DNA of 64,000 nt from a virus (IMGVR_UViG_3300037312_000330:96001-160000); one strand, 5' to 3'. Numbered from the stretch's first letter, positions 8,021 through 17,235 are shown. Translations and numbers: made by a program. Notes: generated by a model from the letters alone, not told the origin.

Positions 8021-9101
8021 CAACAAACCGAAGGAAGAACGCCGCACCAATACGCGCGTCGAGATCAAGGGTGAGAAACGCAAGGCGATGTTCGAGGCAT
8101 ATGGAAAACTGCGTGCGATCAACGACGCCTTTCCCAAAGCCGACAAACGCTGGGATTCTGACTTGTGGGCCGAAGTGCTGACCGAGATCCTCGGCCCCAA
8201 GGGTGAAGTTCCGTGGCCTAGTGTGGCAAGCTATCTGAACTACCGCAAGGAGTTCGAGGAACTGGTTCGGAATGGCGAGATCAAGAATGTTGAACTGGCT
8301 CCTCACGACCACCGTCCCGCCAGCGAGCGTGGTGTGGTGAAGAAACCGGAACTGACGCCAGCTCCTACACCAGCTCCTACACCAGCTCCTACACCAGCAC
8401 CGACGCCTGTGCCTTCTCCAGCTCCTGTGTCTGTTCCGCCAGCTCCTCACTGGAAAACGCCGACCGCCACTCCCATTCACGCATACACGCCGACGATATC
8501 GAGTGCTCCGTTCCCGCCGGCAGCATCTCCGCTGTCGCTGCCGGGAGCATTCGGTCCGATGGAAACTGCGTTCATCACATTGGTGCGGCACGTAGTGGTC
8601 ACGGAGTTCCTTCCGGTGATGCACAAGTTGGTCGTGGATCTGCACGAGAAGCTCCATGCCAAACTGGATGATCAGTATCTCCGGATGATGGAATATTGGG
8701 ACCCAGAGCTTGCCGCGCAGATCAAGAAGAACAACTTGGCACTTCCTTCGGTCAACGGTGCTCTGTCGTCTCTCGGGTCCGAGATCGTAGTGGAGCCACC
8801 TGCTCCGACTGCACCGCCACAGCCACCGAAGAAGCGGATCCTGCTAGTTGGAGGCAAGGAAGACGGATTCTGGACCTATCTCCAAGATGGACTGCCTGGG
8901 ACCATTATCCAATTCGCCGATGGACACAAGCCGAAGAGCTTGCCGACTGGCAAGAACTTCGATCTCGTGATCGTTCACTGGATGAGCAGTCACAGTGCGC
9001 GCGCTGCGATCAAGAACTACTATCCAGACCACATCTGGTTCGAGAAGGGTTCGAGCACCAAGTTAACCGCTCTTATCAAAGAGAAGTTGGGATTGCAATG
9101 A
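8013..9101 (+). CDS. multi-domain protein with Pro/Thr/Ala linker and C-terminal DUF2325-like domain
   Basis: (PAPT)n linker; RILLVGG...FDLVIVHWMSSHS...GSSTKL resembles DUF2325. Confidence 0.7.
   Translation: MSNNKPKEERRTNTRVEIKGEKRKAMFEAYGKLRAINDAFPKADKRWDSDLWAEVLTEILGPKGEVPWPSVASYLNYRKEFEELVRNGEIKNVELAPHDHRPASERGVVKKPELTPAPTPAPTPAPTPAPTPVPSPAPVSVPPAPHWKTPTATPIHAYTPTISSAPFPPAASPLSLPGAFGPMETAFITLVRHVVVTEFLPVMHKLVVDLHEKLHAKLDDQYLRMMEYWDPELAAQIKKNNLALPSVNGALSSLGSEIVVEPPAPTAPPQPPKKRILLVGGKEDGFWTYLQDGLPGTIIQFADGHKPKSLPTGKNFDLVIVHWMSSHSARAAIKNYYPDHIWFEKGSSTKLTALIKEKLGLQ
8358..8398 (+). repeat. 12-bp coding tandem repeat CCAGCTCCTACA x3.4
   Basis: Seen directly; encodes PAPT linker. Confidence 0.9.
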
Positions 9102-9436
9102 GCAAGATGGTGATAGTGCATGTCCCCGTTGAAATAAAGGCGGACAGCCTGAAGACACTACGGAGTCTCGTCCATGAACTCCGACACACCGACCTCAAGC
9201 ATATGGAGAACGGTGAAGGTCACGGCAGCTTCAAGATCATCACCAACGGCGTCAAGCTTCGTGATGTGAAGGAGCAGTTCGAACGCCTCTACACCAGACA
9301 AAAATCTGGTGATTCGGACGACGGCAATCCTTGGCCGTTTCCGAAGAAACCTCATCGTGAGGAGCATCCACGTGCCGTGCGCGGCACGGCATCCAGCAAG
9401 AAGCTCAAAAAGCTGGATAGACATAACAAGAAGTAG
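9098..9436 (+). CDS. hypothetical protein
   Basis: ATG 9098 overlapping previous stop. Confidence 0.7.
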   Translation: MSKMVIVHVPVEIKADSLKTLRSLVHELRHTDLKHMENGEGHGSFKIITNGVKLRDVKEQFERLYTRQKSGDSDDGNPWPFPKKPHREEHPRAVRGTASSKKLKKLDRHNKK

Positions 9437-9512
9437 AGTCCACGAGGAGGGCTCACGGGCGGCAAACATCCGGCCATTCCTACAACCTTGAATGAAAGAG
9501 AAGGAGTCAGCT

Positions 9513-9899
9513 ATGAGAACTAGCGAACTTCTTAAAGATGCGTGGTCCAGAATCGAGGACCCCGCGAAACGCTGCAAACAGCAGCTTGCAGTCAATAGCA
9601 TGGGAATGAGAACCCATCCGATGGCTGAAGACATCGAGCGCCTATCTTCTATTGGCTCTCTACTTCGGTCGCTTGGTAAGAGTTACGAAGATGGTAGTCC
9701 AGCTCGAGTGCGGAGTGTCACGCAAAAGCTGTTCTACAGCAATGCGTGGTCCTTCCTCACTGGAGCGGCTCAACAACTTGGCTTCAAAACGACGACCGAT
9801 CTCGACGAGTTCGGCAATGACCAGCAGCTCGAACTGATGTGGGAGATTGCGATCTCCACTGCTGTCGTGTGCGAAGCCGCAGAATGCGCGGAGGTCTGA
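9513..9899 (+). CDS. hypothetical protein
   Basis: ATG 9513 after AAGGAG. Confidence 0.7.
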   Translation: MRTSELLKDAWSRIEDPAKRCKQQLAVNSMGMRTHPMAEDIERLSSIGSLLRSLGKSYEDGSPARVRSVTQKLFYSNAWSFLTGAAQQLGFKTTTDLDEFGNDQQLELMWEIAISTAVVCEAAECAEV

Positions 9900-10826
9900 A
9901 TGCGTAAAGGTTATGATCCCATTATTGCCATCGCCAAAGATGGCATGATCGCAGGTGTCGCCCTCGGCTCGGATGCAGTATCCGAGCACGAGTGGGGTAT
10001 CGACGACCTGAAGAGGGCGTTCTGTTCCAAATGGGAATCTTTGGATTCCATGAAGGAAGCAGTGGAGCGGACTGGTGAAGTGCCCGACTTCGATCTCGAA
10101 GAGATGTACAGGATCAACAAGAACCTTGACCATATCTTTGGTCTGGTGGAAGAGGGGTTCTTCACCATCTCTACTGTAAATAACGAGTGGATAAGCCCCA
10201 TCCGCCATCGACTACCGAAAGTGGCCCCTGGAGCAATTCTGCCGGAATTCTCTCGTCGTGAATACGAGAAGTCACACAAGTCCATTGCAACAGAATGGGA
10301 CAAGCGTAATTTCCGCTTCTGCAACGCTGTCTACGGTGACGAGAAACTGATCAAGAAGCTCAAGGCGTTCCACCAACAACTTGTGAACGGGAAGTGTGCG
10401 TTCTTCTCTGTTCACGGTGGCGTCTTCAACGCACGCGAAGGGAAGGTGGCAAGTGGTCTGGTGATAGTGGATACGACACGCCTGACCTACGCACAGGCCA
10501 ATCACTGGCGTGTCATGAACGCTGAACGTCGCGATCTGCTGGAACTCCACAAGCGTTCCAGGCTGGACGTGATACTCGCTAGATTCCGCGATGGTGATCT
10601 GTCCAAGAATGGACACGTGGACGCGGGCTATTTCTGGCCCATGTGGTCTGACAAGAAAACCAAACAGGAAGTTGTCTACGGGTTCAATCCTGGATACCGG
10701 GTGAACGCGGACTACTTTGGTCCGTACACTGAAGGCCAACTCGTCCGGTGGTTCGATCACAACATGAGCTACCGTCTGAAACGGGAAAGTCCATCTCTGG
10801 AGAACAGCCATGTCGAACACTCCTGA
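9900..10826 (+). CDS. hypothetical protein
   Basis: 308-aa ORF abutting previous stop. Confidence 0.85.
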   Translation: MRKGYDPIIAIAKDGMIAGVALGSDAVSEHEWGIDDLKRAFCSKWESLDSMKEAVERTGEVPDFDLEEMYRINKNLDHIFGLVEEGFFTISTVNNEWISPIRHRLPKVAPGAILPEFSRREYEKSHKSIATEWDKRNFRFCNAVYGDEKLIKKLKAFHQQLVNGKCAFFSVHGGVFNAREGKVASGLVIVDTTRLTYAQANHWRVMNAERRDLLELHKRSRLDVILARFRDGDLSKNGHVDAGYFWPMWSDKKTKQEVVYGFNPGYRVNADYFGPYTEGQLVRWFDHNMSYRLKRESPSLENSHVEHS

Positions 10827-11139
10827 ATCTTCGTCCAACTTGCCGGAGATTCCCCAGGATGAAGTGCGCCGAACTGAGTTCACGCGCGAGCACATCCAGA
10901 TGCTCGTGACGCAGGCACTGTCGCACCACTCATATCGCACCCCTCCGAAGTTCCTGGAGTACAACGAACGCGAACCGCGTGCTGTCCGATTCATTTGGCA
11001 CGGCACCGAGTATCGTGTGAGCCAGAGCCTCAGCGTCGATGTCGCAGACCGTAGTCTCTGCATCGGAGGTTCGCCGGAAGCGGACCTGATGGAAATACTG
11101 CTCAACGTGGAACAGAAGAATCAGCGGAACAGAACATGA
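10810..11139 (+). CDS. hypothetical protein
   Basis: SD GGAG; ORF track. Confidence 0.7.
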   Translation: MSNTPESSSNLPEIPQDEVRRTEFTREHIQMLVTQALSHHSYRTPPKFLEYNEREPRAVRFIWHGTEYRVSQSLSVDVADRSLCIGGSPEADLMEILLNVEQKNQRNRT

Positions 11140-11846
11140 TCAGCGAAAAGCAAATCTATGACGAAATGCGTGCGGCAGCTCTCCTCGCAATGGAGAACCA
11201 CAAGCGACTTGGATTGGAGTACCACAACTCGGAACACATCACGCATGCGATGTTGACTCACGAGCGTCTGTACGCAGATTCCAGCCCGTCTGGAATGGCG
11301 CAAAAACTTGCGCTCATGTATCACGATGTGGTCTACGTTCCTGGATGTACGACCAATGAAGAACTGTCCGCCAAGTTCTTCAAATGGCAACTCAAGCGTG
11401 TGGTGGGCTGTTCCACCTACGACCACCTGTGGACCAAGTTCTTGGACGAGAATGCGACGATCGAACCGCAGGACAACGCCGATCTCCTGTGGTGCTGCAT
11501 GTTCGTTCCTGTTTGGATCCAAAGCACCACGGTGACGCACCACTTATCGGCGGGTGCGTATTCCAAGTCGATAGACCGCATTCTGGACTGCGATCTCGCC
11601 GCACTGGCGAAGCCGTATCCTGCGTTCAAATCCCAGCAGTTTGCCCTCTCGGCAGAAAGTCTGCCGGGTGCTTCTCAAGAAGAACGTCTTAACGACCTCA
11701 AGAAGCAAGCGGATTTTCTGTGGGCTTTCCTCTCGAAAGAGCCCATCTTCCGAACGCCGGAAGCTCATGAATCGCTCGAGAAGCAGGCTCGTGAAAACAT
11801 CACGCTGTACTTTGAGGAGATTCAACATGGACACCAGGAAGGCTAG
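11136..11846 (+). CDS. HD-superfamily metal-dependent phosphohydrolase
   Basis: YHNSEHI, ALMYHDVVY, NEELSA, ILDCDLAAL motifs. Confidence 0.8.
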   Translation: MISEKQIYDEMRAAALLAMENHKRLGLEYHNSEHITHAMLTHERLYADSSPSGMAQKLALMYHDVVYVPGCTTNEELSAKFFKWQLKRVVGCSTYDHLWTKFLDENATIEPQDNADLLWCCMFVPVWIQSTTVTHHLSAGAYSKSIDRILDCDLAALAKPYPAFKSQQFALSAESLPGASQEERLNDLKKQADFLWAFLSKEPIFRTPEAHESLEKQARENITLYFEEIQHGHQEG

Positions 11847-12114
11847 AGCTACGTTCGACGAATGGATGGAACAGATAAGGCGGACGCTGTCCGGAGCTAC
11901 CATCCACATCTACCCGCCTGCCGCGCCTACTGGCGTGTACATTGCTGACATCCATTGCAACAATGTGGAAGTCTGCGCGCAATTCCATATGAGTTTCGGA
12001 TACGGCCTGTCCAAAATGGGGCGCATACCATCGTTCTCGAGTAAGCCAGACTCCGTTTACAAGAGCGCGGACGAGGCAACGCAGGCACTCAAGAAGCTCT
12101 TGAACCTCAGCTAA
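11827..12114 (+). CDS. hypothetical protein
   Basis: ATG 11827 after GAGGAG. Confidence 0.65.
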   Translation: MDTRKARATFDEWMEQIRRTLSGATIHIYPPAAPTGVYIADIHCNNVEVCAQFHMSFGYGLSKMGRIPSFSSKPDSVYKSADEATQALKKLLNLS

Positions 12115-12124
12115 GGAGGACTCT

Positions 12125-12334
12125 ATGTCGTACACTCAGACTGAAATGGACGCACGTGACGAGGGTGCGGAAGCATACGAGGAAGGCAAACCTCGTGATG
12201 CCAACCCCTACAGCATGTTGTCGCAGAAGAACCTGTGGACATGCTGGGACGATGGGTGGGAAGAGGCACACGACGAAAACACAGATACTGACGAGGATGA
12301 CGGTGAAGAAGATAGCGAGGACAAAGAAGGCTAG
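12125..12334 (+). CDS. Rmf/CrpP-fold-like small acidic protein
   Basis: A.DEG.EAY.EG...ANPY.......W..GW pattern of RMF-like proteins; acidic tail; SD TAAGGAGG. Confidence 0.55.
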   Translation: MSYTQTEMDARDEGAEAYEEGKPRDANPYSMLSQKNLWTCWDDGWEEAHDENTDTDEDDGEEDSEDKEG

Positions 12335-12389
12335 TCTAGTGCCTTAGTTACCTTATCGAAAAGAACAAGGACAGGACAGAATCGTTAAT

Positions 12390-12653
12390 TTGATTCTGTC
12401 CTATGAGGAGTGTAGCGTGAAGGAAGACAACAGCGAACCCATTCGAACCCCGTGGGCTTTTGACACTAGCGGTCCGTCCAAAATTGGGCAACAACTAGAG
12501 CGAAGTCGCCGCATTAGCGAGCGGAACGCCCGCGAGGATCGAAGTAAGACCGTCTATGCAGGATGGTCTATCGGGAAAACTGATCCGAACGAGCAATTCA
12601 ACAAGCTCAACAGTGCGCAGTTCGGAACACGCCAGCGTAGGAAGATAAGATGA
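12390..12653 (+). CDS. hypothetical protein
   Basis: ORF track (TTG start), overlaps next ATG. Confidence 0.5.
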   Translation: MILSYEECSVKEDNSEPIRTPWAFDTSGPSKIGQQLERSRRISERNAREDRSKTVYAGWSIGKTDPNEQFNKLNSAQFGTRQRRKIR

Positions 12654-14032
12654 ACAATGAAGAACGTGTAGACCAGCTTCGTAAACGGGTTATCATGCTC
12701 AATCAAGTCAGCCCCACCTTCTGTCTAGCCAAGTGGGTGACCTCGACAACGACCCTCTACAACGGAATGACGCATTCTTGCCATCATCCCGTTCAGCACA
12801 AGATTGATGCGGATGCCGTTCGCATCAATCCTTCCATGCTTCATAACACCAAACAGAAGCAGACGGCAAGAGCTGAGATGCTTCAAGGCATCCAGACCAA
12901 GGAATGCGACTACTGCTGGAATATCGAAAACTTGGGTGCCGACCACTGGTCTGACCGACACTACAAGAGTGCGAATGACAGCATGGGAGTCTGGCAGTCC
13001 TTCAATGAAGTTATCGCAGACGGAGTCGGTGCCAACATCGCACCGCGTTACTTGGAGATAGCCTTCGAGAACATCTGCAACTTCAAATGCTCCTATTGCA
13101 GCCCCGACGTATCCTCACGTTGGATGGAAGAGATTCAGTCGCACGGTCCATACAAACTGGAGCCGCACGACCACCACAATCTCAACTGGCTGCGAGAAAC
13201 AGGACGCTTCCCAATCCATCACTCGCAACCGAACCCGTACATCGACGCGTTCTGGAAATGGTGGCCTGCGCTCTACAGGGGGCTACACACCTTCCGGATC
13301 ACTGGCGGCGAACCGTTGCTGTCCAAGAATACTTGGCGTGTCCTCCATGAGATCGAATCCAACCCGCGCCCCGACCTGAACTTCGAGATCAACACCAACT
13401 TGGGTGTTCCAGAGGCAATGGTTCTCAAGTTGGCACACAAGCTACGTGATCTGAGCAACAAGATCGGCCAGATCGTTGTCTACACATCTGCCGAGTCCAT
13501 GTACGAACAGGCTGAGTACAGCCGCTTTGGTATGGACTGGAACCTGTTCAAAGACAACGTGGAGATCCTCCTGTCCGAGTCTGGTCCCAAGGTAATCCTG
13601 TCGTTCATGACAACAGTCAATGTGCTGTCCGTCAGCACTTTCGACCAATTCCTGCACTGGATCACTGATTTGCGCAATCAGTTCACTCTTGACCTGGAAC
13701 ACAACCGAGTTCGATTCAACGTGTCCTATTTACGCTGGCCTCTGCACCAGTCACTAACGATCCTGCCACAGGAAACCAAACGAGCGTTCGCTGCTAGTCT
13801 CAATCAAGCAGTCCGAGACTGCTCCGTCAAGTCGCATTGGGTGCCTATGTATCTAGAAGAGCAAGATCAAGTACAGCGCCTGATCGAGTTCATGTTCAGT
13901 CAAGCGCCAGACCCTGTCCAGCAACGCAACTTCTATACCTTCTTCACAGAATACGATCGCAGACGAGGAACCAATTTTCTGAAGACGTTCCCAGAGCTGC
14001 AATCACTTTATCAACTCGGAGCACCCTCATGA
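12650..14032 (+). CDS. radical SAM protein with N-terminal twitch/SPASM-like Cys cluster
   Basis: CNFKCSYC triad, ITGGEPLL, EINTNLG; N-terminal FCLAKW..SCHH..CDYCW. Confidence 0.9.
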   Translation: MNNEERVDQLRKRVIMLNQVSPTFCLAKWVTSTTTLYNGMTHSCHHPVQHKIDADAVRINPSMLHNTKQKQTARAEMLQGIQTKECDYCWNIENLGADHWSDRHYKSANDSMGVWQSFNEVIADGVGANIAPRYLEIAFENICNFKCSYCSPDVSSRWMEEIQSHGPYKLEPHDHHNLNWLRETGRFPIHHSQPNPYIDAFWKWWPALYRGLHTFRITGGEPLLSKNTWRVLHEIESNPRPDLNFEINTNLGVPEAMVLKLAHKLRDLSNKIGQIVVYTSAESMYEQAEYSRFGMDWNLFKDNVEILLSESGPKVILSFMTTVNVLSVSTFDQFLHWITDLRNQFTLDLEHNRVRFNVSYLRWPLHQSLTILPQETKRAFAASLNQAVRDCSVKSHWVPMYLEEQDQVQRLIEFMFSQAPDPVQQRNFYTFFTEYDRRRGTNFLKTFPELQSLYQLGAPS

Positions 14033-14844
14033 ACAAGAGACGGGCCGTGGTCATCGCCGGTGACACCCGCACATGGGAACACTCGATCCATTCGGCTCAT
14101 GAACTTCTGGACGGTGCTGATGTGTATATCAGTGTGTGGTCCAATTCTTCGTACAGTCACAAGGTGAAGCCTAGACTGTTATACAGACATGCGCCGATCT
14201 ACATCGATCGTGTGTACGCACTCCTCGCTCAGTACAATGTGCGTGGCGTTCGCATTGAGAATCACGACTTGTCGCATTGGCAGCCTAAGGGCTACAACGC
14301 GAACTACTTGCATCGGCTTCGTGTCGGCATCGATCTTGTGCGCTTGTCTGGGATCGAGTACGACAGTGTGTTCTTCATGCGTCCAGACGTGTTTTACGAA
14401 CAGCATGGAATGCAGACGCTCGTTGCAGCGGTGGCTAATGTCCAACCAGGACAGTTCGTGACTATGCTGAGTGGTGACCAACGCGTCAACACACACAAAA
14501 CGCTGAACGACTGGATGTTTGCCGTTGCACCAACAGACTTCGATCTGGCAGTGCCTACTGTGGAAGAATTTCAGGCACACAAGCACGAGGACTGGCATAC
14601 TTTTCTTCGGTGGTGGGTGGTTGAGCGATCCGGACTACAAGTGGTCAACGTGGATGCTCCTCGCGTCGTGATCCTCAGACCACAAGCACGTTCCGGCATG
14701 TCGTTCGATGACGCCTTGCATAACAGTGAAGCGTGGGATGATCTGTATGTTCTACATTGCATCAACCTAGAAGGAATCCGCACTGCCTGCATCCGCTGGG
14801 GCAAACATGCCGTGATCCGCGCGGTCCAAAATCTCACGTTGTGA
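14029..14844 (+). CDS. putative glycosyltransferase-like protein
   Basis: AVVIAGDTR start, DVYISVW, YDSVFFMRPD motif typical of phage GT-like proteins. Confidence 0.55.
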   Translation: MNKRRAVVIAGDTRTWEHSIHSAHELLDGADVYISVWSNSSYSHKVKPRLLYRHAPIYIDRVYALLAQYNVRGVRIENHDLSHWQPKGYNANYLHRLRVGIDLVRLSGIEYDSVFFMRPDVFYEQHGMQTLVAAVANVQPGQFVTMLSGDQRVNTHKTLNDWMFAVAPTDFDLAVPTVEEFQAHKHEDWHTFLRWWVVERSGLQVVNVDAPRVVILRPQARSGMSFDDALHNSEAWDDLYVLHCINLEGIRTACIRWGKHAVIRAVQNLTL

Positions 14845-14886
14845 ACAGCGACCTCACAGAGGTCCGGATGCCTCAGGGGTGCGAGC

Positions 14887-14980
14887 TGCTTAAATTTTGT
14901 GCAGAAAGTTGCCTATTTTTTAGGCAAACAGCCACCCGTTCCATGGTACAATGGTATGCGGGCACTCCCGCCCGCCACAA
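14887..14980 (+). promoter_or_regulatory. promoter module 2: two 17-bp palindromes, extended -10, leader hairpin
   Basis: TGCTTA-N5-TGTGCA 14887-14903; TGCCTA-N5-TAGGCA 14910-26; TACAAT 14947-52; GCGGGC/GCCCGC hairpin. Confidence 0.75.
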
Positions 14981-14999
14981 CCAACGTAAAGGAACACGT

Positions 15000-15398
15000 A
15001 TGGCACACAGCCAAAAGGCCCAACGTGATCAAGAGACCGCGAGGCACCAAGCGGAGTACGACGCCAAGAAGCCCGTGACCATGGACGAGATCCGCGCACT
15101 GCGGCCCGGACAGTCGGTAACCGTCAAATGGTTCTACGAACCCGACGAGGTCTTCCTGGTGTTGGACGTCCGACGTCCGTCCAACAAGAGCAATCCGCCG
15201 AATGCGATCCTCTTGTGGGCTCCGGAAGGGCCGAACTCGCTGACGGACAAACTCTGGATTGCGGTGAACCCCAGATGCAAACCTGCCGGTAGCGCGATGG
15301 AAACCGCTGGACGCATGTGGGGAGGAGCGCCCTTCGCGATCGACAACGGGTTCGATGCCATCATCCGCATCGGCTCCGTCGAAATGCAGTTCAAGTAA
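15000..15398 (+). CDS. hypothetical protein, first gene after promoter module 2
   Basis: ATG 15000 after AAAGGA. Confidence 0.75.
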   Translation: MAHSQKAQRDQETARHQAEYDAKKPVTMDEIRALRPGQSVTVKWFYEPDEVFLVLDVRRPSNKSNPPNAILLWAPEGPNSLTDKLWIAVNPRCKPAGSAMETAGRMWGGAPFAIDNGFDAIIRIGSVEMQFK

Positions 15399-15405
15399 TC
15401 CACAT

Positions 15406-15428
15406 GGAGGGCTTCGGCCCTCCTCTTT
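15406..15428 (+). terminator. UUCG-loop intrinsic terminator
   Basis: GGAGGGC-TTCG-GCCCTCC then TCTTT. Confidence 0.75.
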
Positions 15429-15458
15429 ACTCACGTCACTTCAACCAAAGGAAAACTT

Positions 15459-16580
15459 ATGGCTTCCAAGAAGACCCCGACCGCGTCCAAGAAGACCACG
15501 GTCAAGAAAACTGCCCCGGTTCGTGGTACGAAACCCACACTCGTGGCCGACAACGAGAAACCGCCGCGCACCATCACGACGCAGGATGAACTGCTGAAGT
15601 GGCTCAAGAAGGGATACATGGTGCTCGTCGAGGACGAGACGATGAAGAAGATGAACGTCCTGTATCTCGTGTATCGAGACAGCCTGCATGAGTCGAGCGT
15701 CGTCACGTACGAGGCCTACTTCAAGATCATCCTCGGCGAGGGCCTGAACGCCGTCGTACCCAAGGTGCCGTTGACGCAACGTCGGCTGCTGACAGCAGGC
15801 TTCGGTGAAGGGATGTACCTCGTGCACAGCGATCCCAAGGCTTCCGAACAATGGGGCAACAGAGATGCCGACTGGGCGTACTATCGGGAACTGGAAACCG
15901 CCCACACCAAGGAACACAAGAAGTCTATCACCATGGACGAAGCTGCCAAGATCACCACGCTGACCTGGATCGAGGTCAAGCAACGGGACGCCGTCAACAG
16001 GATGATGCTCACCCTCTCCGGACCCAAGTACCTGACCAAGAACAAAACGGGCATGTTCTTCGAAGTTTTCGACACTACGGACGGGGAGGAATTCCCCATT
16101 ACCACGGTTGATGCCAAGGACATCGTCCGCGTGCTGACCACTTCGGTACTGATTCCCACGATCTTGTGGAAGCCGCACGTGGACGCGGCAAATCTTCCGT
16201 CTCCGCCGCCGAAGGTGCCAACAGTGAGTACCCCATCCAACCCCGAGAAGGGAGGGGAAGTGGCACGTAGGCCGCAACTGCGTGATCTCCACAACGCAGT
16301 GCGCGAGGCGCTGGCTCCGTTCAAGTTCGAAGTCGACGGAACGCCGCGCCAACCGAAGAGGATCGGGAACCAGATCCACTACTACCTGAACTTCGACCCC
16401 AAGAAGGCTCGCAGGTCAGAAGGTCAGAAGCTGCAGAGTCCGCTCATCAAGGCGACGAAGCAATGGGTTTCCGACATCTGGATCGCCTACGACTCGACCA
16501 ACTGGCCGTTCAAGGTGGTGGCAACCGTGCGCCCGGAAATGTTGGGTGACACATCCAAGCAGAATACGAAGGTGGCCTGA
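15459..16580 (+). CDS. hypothetical protein with Lys/Thr-rich N-terminus
   Basis: 373-aa ORF, SD AAAGGA, strong codon bias. Confidence 0.85.
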   Translation: MASKKTPTASKKTTVKKTAPVRGTKPTLVADNEKPPRTITTQDELLKWLKKGYMVLVEDETMKKMNVLYLVYRDSLHESSVVTYEAYFKIILGEGLNAVVPKVPLTQRRLLTAGFGEGMYLVHSDPKASEQWGNRDADWAYYRELETAHTKEHKKSITMDEAAKITTLTWIEVKQRDAVNRMMLTLSGPKYLTKNKTGMFFEVFDTTDGEEFPITTVDAKDIVRVLTTSVLIPTILWKPHVDAANLPSPPPKVPTVSTPSNPEKGGEVARRPQLRDLHNAVREALAPFKFEVDGTPRQPKRIGNQIHYYLNFDPKKARRSEGQKLQSPLIKATKQWVSDIWIAYDSTNWPFKVVATVRPEMLGDTSKQNTKVA

Positions 16581-16782
16581 TGGCACAGACCACTTTGGTG
16601 CATCCGGAAATGTTGCGCGCCGCACTCAAGCGCAACGGCGTGACGCTGGAACGGGTCGCTTCGGCGACTTCTACCACAAGTGCTGCTTCGTGCTGAGCGC
16701 ACGGCCGCCGATCGGTGGCTTCTACTGGAAGCCGCCGGAATCCTTTAGTGGATCATCAACCAGACTGGATCGCGGCCGCTGA
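16580..16782 (+). pseudogene. gene split by a one-base frameshift near 16650 (or sequence error)
   Basis: ATG frame MAQTTLVHPEMLRAALKRNGVTLE stops after 38 aa; genome-typical codons continue in the -1 frame (TGRFGDFYHKCCFVL...). Confidence 0.5.
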
Positions 16783-16783
16783 A

Positions 16784-16860
16784 ACTCGCCCACTTGGGCG
16801 ATCCAGCATGGGCGAGTGTGGCAGCCCCTAGCCCATGCTGTCAACTTAGACTGCCAGGAG
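16784..16860 (+). promoter_or_regulatory. predicted H-type pseudoknot / alternative-structure leader next to SD
   Basis: CAGCATGGGC 16804-13 / GCCCATGCTG 16831-40; TGGCAG 16819-24 / CTGCCA 16851-56; GGAG 16857-60. Confidence 0.5.
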
Positions 16861-16867
16861 TACGATA

Positions 16868-17194
16868 GTGAACAACGCAGATTTCAACAAACTGAAGGAA
16901 GCCGTCAAGAAGGTGCTCAGTCTGATGATCCAAGAGCACTTGAACCAACTCCAGGTGTCCCATCGGGACCTCCACAAGTTGGCGGACCTGACGAACACCC
17001 GGAGCCGATCGCTCATCAACCATGTGGATGATGTCCTGACCTTGCAAGACATCGTCCGGGGTGGGTACGGTCTGTATCTGGTGTCCGACCTCGGCGTCAT
17101 CGACGGCGAAGCGCAGATGGCTTTCATCAAGCAGAACTCGGGAATCCGTCATCTGGTACTCCGAGATGACGGCACTCTTGGATACAAGGCGTAA
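16868..17194 (+). CDS. hypothetical protein
   Basis: GTG start 7 nt after GGAG; ORF track. Confidence 0.75.
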   Translation: MNNADFNKLKEAVKKVLSLMIQEHLNQLQVSHRDLHKLADLTNTRSRSLINHVDDVLTLQDIVRGGYGLYLVSDLGVIDGEAQMAFIKQNSGIRHLVLRDDGTLGYKA

Positions 17195-17201
17195 CCACAA
17201 T

Positions 17202-17221
17202 GGAGGGCCTTCGGGCCCTCC
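17202..17221 (+). terminator. UUCG-loop hairpin
   Basis: GGAGGGCC-TTCG-GGCCCTCC. Confidence 0.65.
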
Positions 17222-17235
17222 TAACTGGAAAGATC

